From the human T2T-CHM13v2.0 reference genome, Homo sapiens: DNA of 64,000 bases. The notes under the pieces were generated by a model. It worked only from the letters and a program-made list of their open reading frames with translations, had not been told where the DNA came from and made no database searches. The stretch is taken from NCBI RefSeq assembly GCF_009914755.1, contig NC_060927.1; one strand, 5' to 3'. Shown here in pieces: positions 58,001 through 64,000 of the stretch; positions within the stretch are counted from its first letter, which is position 1, and every line of letters begins with the position of its first letter. Made by a program: the position numbers and the translations under genes.

Positions 58001-58597
58001 CAGAGTAGAGTGGTATGATTCAAGTTGCTGTAAGGGGCAGGATGATAGCTCTCTTTATTCAAAGGGGCCATGCAAGCTCATTCTCATTTCCAAATAACCA
58101 TAGCATTTTATGAACTGCATATGCATTTTCAGACCATCAAGTTCTTCCCAATTTAAATACCATGTGCTTCTTCACATTATTTCCTTTCCCTGCAGTTCCA
58201 TGATGGTCTTTTATCTTCTAATGTCCAGTAGCACTGACTGCATATCCTTCATAGAGGATGTTTAATTTGATAACTTATGGAGTAATCTACCTTTTAACAT
58301 ACCCTAAATATATGTGGAATACTCTCTAAAGACAGGGACCATCACTTGGTATCCCAACTTCTTGTACCATCCAACACAGAGAAGGAGGTAAAAAATGATC
58401 TGTTGATTAAAAAAAGCTTCTGTATCAATTTTATAACTATTAGTCTGTCCACAAATTAGAGCTGCATTTAATAGTCCATGTATTGATTCATGTAACATAC
58501 AGATTTATATACAATTTCACTCACCACTGCCTACTTGCTTTTCAGAAAAGAAATATGATGTAATGTGGCCATGCAAAGATGGAAAGTGAAGAGATTA

Positions 58598-58696
58598 TTA
58601 AAGAGAAAAAAAATAAAGAAAGAGGAGGGGGTGATAGAGGGAGAAAGAGAAAGGGAAAGGAAGAAGGGAGAAGGAGGAGGAGGAAAAGAAGAAGAC
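58598..58696. repeat. GA-rich low-complexity polypurine tract
   Basis: ~100 nt, almost entirely purines. Confidence 0.85.
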
Positions 58697-60240
58697 CCAA
58701 TGTGCCACAATAAAGATGGCTGTTAGGGTGGTTTCCACCATATCTGCCTCTCATGAATAAACAAAACCAATTCCCTCTATTAACACCGTTTTGTTTCAGT
58801 AAGGTTATAGCACAGTTCTGCTAGAACTCAAGCTTAAAAGTGAGGGCCCCTAACATCATCAGAACTGGAAAAAGCCAACTTTCGCCTATGGCTTGATCCA
58901 AGCCTCTGACTACCATCTGTTTAGTGATTTGACTTTTCAGTTTTACTTTTTGGAAGACGCACCAATGGTTGACAGTATTTCCCAGAATCTCAGATTGCTC
59001 AACAATGTATTTTTCCACAAACCTCCCTGGATAAAAACTCATGATTTTGCCAAGAATTTTAAATTTTGCACTGAATGTTGTGCAATCTCTCAGAATTATT
59101 CTATATCCTCGGAATTGATTTCTGATAGAAAATTAACTCCTAAGGTACTTAAAGATTAAAGGGACACTTTTCACCAGTTACTGAGATTGGATGTTAGGAA
59201 AGCATCTTTCTCTTTTGCTCTTTGGTCTTAATATATCTTTATACAGTATTTCTGCCTGAGACATGAGACTGCATTTTCTCTACATTTCCATCTCATTTCA
59301 ATGAAGAGCTCTATTCTATATTTTTGTAGACAAGGCCCTCCTCTTCTTGATCCACCCATCACCATCAGTAGTGATGTTTGTTTTAATAACTTGCTTATGT
59401 ACTGACTTGAGAATTACTGAATCAAAAAAGAACTCAACAACTGAGTGCACTACTAACTAAAGAAGAAATTCCAAAAGGGCAGTTATATTTTATCAAGTAA
59501 GAGAAGGAAAAGAATGTTGGCCAGAGAGCTGCAAAATCATACAAGAGAGAGAAAGAACATGGTGCTTTAAATATGAATTTATTGACAAGTTTGCTACAGC
59601 TTAAAAGTCTTTGGTTAGAGCAGACACAATGCAGGAGTCCACAAGCTAGAACAGTTTGATTATGTGCCAGAAGTCTTTTTCAACAGCCATTTTGAAACAT
59701 GTGTATTTATAGACAAAGAGAACCATAAAAATTGCACATGGTCTTCTGACCGCTGGAGCATTTAACTTTAGCTGGAGAAGTGAAGTGGAAGCCAATTTAA
59801 TCTTTTTTCCCCTCTTATTTTTAATACTTTGGTAGCACATTATCACACCTACCTTACAATTTGCTACTCTTAAGTTAAATCCCTGAAGGCCAGGCACTGG
59901 GAGACCTAAAACCAGATGCTGGTGAATGTAAGGAGGGGAAGGGCTGAGCTTCTATGACAATTAAGCAAGAAATCCCTACAGAAATCCAAATCAGCTTTGG
60001 CTATAGGAGGAAAAAAATGTATGCTTCCAGGAAAAACAAAAACGTGTTACTAACCTATGCTAGAGGCAAAAACCACACTTTAGTAGGAGATACTGCTGAG
60101 AGGTTTGTTTATTTATTTATTTTTTTTGGTGACACATTGAATAATAATGGAAATAGTCAGACACCAGTGGATTGTATATATTTGGCCATTTTCCTTCTTT
60201 TTGGGTTTTCCTTTTCCTTGCTGATCCTTCCTTGTTTATC

Positions 60241-60450
60241 CGATCTAATGCAATAAAATGCGTAATTAATTTCTAAACGCTTCCATTGAGCGGTGCAATT
60301 TGTCAAGTCGAGTTGTTAATAGAATTAAGCTTTTTATCAGCGATTAGCAAAAGAAGGTTAAAAAATTAATTACGAAATTGTATGCCTCCCTGGTTCAAAG
60401 CCAGGTTTTGGATTAAATGTTCGATAAAGGTTTCCTGACACGTTATAAAA
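60241..60450. other. CpG-retaining AT-rich palindromic segment; candidate conserved non-coding element
   Basis: cgtaattaattt (60261-60272) is the exact reverse complement of aaattaattacg (60363-60374); arms extend to ~22 bp; 9 CpGs in ~200 bp. Confidence 0.6.
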
Positions 60451-63400
60451 CATTTAGCAAAAGCTGCTTTCCTCTAGTGCATTTAAAACCTGTCTCTGAG
60501 CAAAACCAACCAGCAAAGCAAGAGCATTTGCGCAGACCTCAGTAGTGCACACAAGCGTGGAAAGATAGAATATCACTTTTACAAAATACTGAAGAAAACA
60601 CTGGTTTTCCTCCCCCTACTCAGGAAAAAGGACAAGCCGTGACCTCGCAAGTGTTTTTCATCTTTAACTTTTGATAGTGTGATTTGCAGCTTGAGTAAAA
60701 TTGAAGAATTGGTTGAAAGAAGTAATAAAACAGTCCATTGATGATATAATTAATATATAACATGCCTTTATCTGTAATTATATACAACATATCCACAAAG
60801 GTTAGTATGTAAAGGATAGAAAGTAAAGAGTTGAAAGCATGCTCAAAATATCTGATCCTCTCTAAATTGCTGTTACAATTTATGCATTTCTCCTGTACCT
60901 GGTCCTCTCTTTTCTTTCTCTCTTCTGTGTGTCAGTCTCACCTCACTTTTCTATGAGTGGAATAATTCAATCCATTTCACCCTATCACTGTCTCCACTCC
61001 AAGTGAGGAGGAGAGAGGATGAATCCGATAAATCAGACCCTGACATCTATCCACTGAGTCACGTGTCATGAGTGGCAAAAGCTATTGTTCCACAGTCACA
61101 AAAATCAAGTCCTATTTTACCTTTCTTTCAGCTGCTGCACTCAGGCACAGCTAGCACTTTTTCCTTGCTTTCACATCTGGGGCTGCTATGCTTCGACTAT
61201 CTGCTTCCAAACCCTATGCTGGAGGCACTTCTGGGCAAGACCCTGAGAGTGGTTTTCATGGGACGGTGTGTGCTCTTCAAAGGAGGTACACACTCCTCTG
61301 TGGCTTTCAAATTCTAATTTAGAATGGGAGGTCAGAGGATGCCCTTCAGCCTTAGATCTAGGTAGTGTTCTCTAAACTCCCTTTTAGCAGGGACCCAAGC
61401 GTTATAGTTACAGGGAAATTTTACTGACTAATGTAATTGGTAACACATTTACAAATGGAGTATGCCCAATCTGTGCATGTGTACTCCATCCCTCAGAAGG
61501 CTGGGAGGTGAAGGCATGAATAATAAGCCAAACACTCACTATGCAAAATGTTCTTTTTCTATTAAGTAGGGTTACTCTTTTCTTCTGTTTTTCTTAGTCC
61601 TTTTTCTCTCTTGTGTCTTTTCTGCTTTTTAACATTGTTTGGATAGTTTTCTTGAGCAGTCATACAAGATTCAATTTGTAAGAAGTATTCAAGGAATGGT
61701 GCAGTGTGACAGTTTTATGAAACAAATTTGGATTATAGGAAACAATAATGTTATTGCACTTTCTGACATAAAATTAAAGATTTTTTTTTTCTGAATATTT
61801 GCTGCTAATGATAAAATAAACAACAAAACAGAAAAAAACAGAATCAGCTTAGAAATCTGGTAGAGAATTATAATGAGCAATGTAATTTTTTTCTGGTTGC
61901 TTGAATTTAAGCTCTATGACCTTCACGGAAATTTCTAGTCTTGTTTATTCCTGTAACCTCATTACACCTACAGAGCTGCTGATACATGGTGGGTGCTCCA
62001 TATAAATACCAGTTAAATCAGTGAATGGTTAAGTGAATGTTATTCTTTGTGTCATTTTTCCTTGTTGCACTTCCCTTATTGAAATTTTAAAAAAGAAGTA
62101 TTCTTTGTTTTCTCAGTAAACATGGAAATATACTTTGACTTTCCTTAATGACTCAGAATTTTGCAGTGCCTCATTAAGTATGAGTAATGTTAATTAACAC
62201 TACAAAATTAATAACCAGGCAATTATCAGGTAAAATAGGAGGAATTAAAACTGATCCTCATTGATCTTAGCTTGTCACCCTTTTTACTTTTGACTGATTC
62301 TTTGATTTCAGCTTGTTTTCTTGTTCTTTATCTCATTCTCATAAAGGAAAGAAGAATGTGCAATTCTTTGGCCTCCTAAACTAAATTTAACACCATTGCC
62401 TTTCTACAAAATTGATGAGTGAATCTAAGGATTAATCCGTCTTCTCCCAAATTATTTTCCAACCTATATTATAATCTTTTTTTTACCATTTATATCAGTC
62501 TCCTTTGAATTCTCAGTAGCTTTCAAAATATCTTTTATTATCTGAGTATTACCAACAACTTATTTAAATATGGATGTTTCATTTAATTCTTCTGTATCTT
62601 TTTTTAAATCAGTTAATAATTTCCTCCATTTTAAAAATTAATGCTAGGCTAGTATATTAGAAACCCGTAATCTTTAAAGTAGTAAACAGAATGTCAGGGA
62701 TGAATTTTTCTAAGCTTTTTTAAAATTAAATTTTAACAGAATTCTAAAAGAAAATAATATTTTAAAAAGATGATCCTTTATAATTGTGTACTATAATCAG
62801 GTGATGGAAATTTCTTTTAAGGAAATGTATCATATTCTAAGTAAGAGTGAGGTCCACAGTTTGAATCAATGAAGCAATAGCGGCCAATAGGAAAATTATT
62901 TTTAAAATCATGTGTTTGCCCTGCTTCCTGAAGGTGAACACAACACTTGCCTGACAGTAAAATAGAGTTGTTATTTTCAGATAGGCACATACTTCTAAAG
63001 TGACCTCTTATGATTCGTATAGTCATACAGAGACTGCTCAATTAAAAAGATAGAGGAGAGTGACATCTATGCATAAGCTTGTACCTTCTTATCAAAAGGT
63101 TTACGTGTAACACTTGAAAACTATTGGGGAAATATTTTTCATCATTAAAAATACGTTTTAAAGAGAACCCCTACACATAAATGTACACATTCTGTCCTTG
63201 TTTCGCCAAATCTGTAGACATTAGGATTTAGCTTGACCCTACCCAAGGATTGTCTTTTTATTAAATCAGAACATTTCAGTTCATGAGTGGTGTTAACACT
63301 GTTCAACATATTCAGTAATTAGAACAGGAGAAATTCTACAAAATTGTTCAGTGGCTCTGCAGTCAGCTGTTAGATTTTCACAACCATACATTTAGCAATT

Positions 63401-64000
63401 TGATAACATGTCAGACTTAAAATGCCAAACTGATCTTACCAACAGTGCACATGCCTCAATCAATTGCATTTACTCAAAAACCTTTTTTAGATTATTTATG
63501 AGACATTGGCCCAGAGACAGGAGTTAAAAACACTCATATAAAATATGGTTTGTTTGTTCTAACATTGCTCTAGAGGTATAAGACAGTATTTAATGGCTAT
63601 ACTTTGTTCATAAATGGTGAAGAATTTAGACCGGTTCATTTTCAGTCTTGACAGTCCACAAGATAAACTAAAATTGGAAAATTTCACCAAGGCTTACTTC
63701 TTATGCCCATTTTTAAAAATAATTATATGTGTTTGTGTCATATTTTAAGACTTATTTCGTTTTGCTAGATTACTTCTCTGTCTTTCACAACCAGAAGCCA
63801 ATGTAATAATGATGTGCATGCAAGTAGTTTTAACTTAGAAGGCACTACATAAATGTGTGATGTGTGTAGCTGTGGTGCTGGTGGTGTTGGTATGCAATCA
63901 TTTCGTAAAGTTGCTTGCAAAAATATGTTTATCTCCTATTGGTTGAGTGTACAAGTGACTGGATAATACTTTTGATAAGAAAAACTCTCAACTAAAAAAA

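Noticed and set aside
58598-58696. Polypurine tract as an H-DNA element
   Set aside because: No clear mirror symmetry; common low-complexity sequence.

Overview
AT-rich, repeat-dense non-coding primate DNA, most likely human or African great ape, because the L1 5'UTR lacks the 129-bp ZNF93-site segment. I recognise no host exon, RNA gene, CRISPR array or prokaryotic system, and I cannot name the locus. The only real coding sequence is a full-length ~6.03-kb L1PA2/late-L1PA3-type LINE-1 on the minus strand (7588-13619, 11-bp TSD). Its ORF1 carries three inactivating lesions. Its ORF2 is open, keeps the main catalytic motifs and has a frameshifted 49-aa C-terminal tail. In its antisense ORF0, splice donor 2 has become a perfect CAG|GTGAGT. 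The rest is about 18 Alu-family elements (FAM, FLAM, J, S, Y), LTRs (MLT2A2, THE1B, MLT1), old L1M/L2/MIR/CR1/MER fragments and microsatellites. Best leads: (1) the ORF2-only L1 and its antisense-promoter/ORF0 donor pointing into co-directional LTRs; (2) a 40-bp-stem palindrome at 16.9 kb; (3) a CpG-retaining AT-rich palindrome at 60.3 kb that looks like an ancient conserved element; (4) re-used insertion sites with triple TSDs; (5) two AluY-like copies with excess CpG transversions. I found no convincing new biological system. Repeat subfamily names come from remembered consensus sequences and old-repeat boundaries are approximate.
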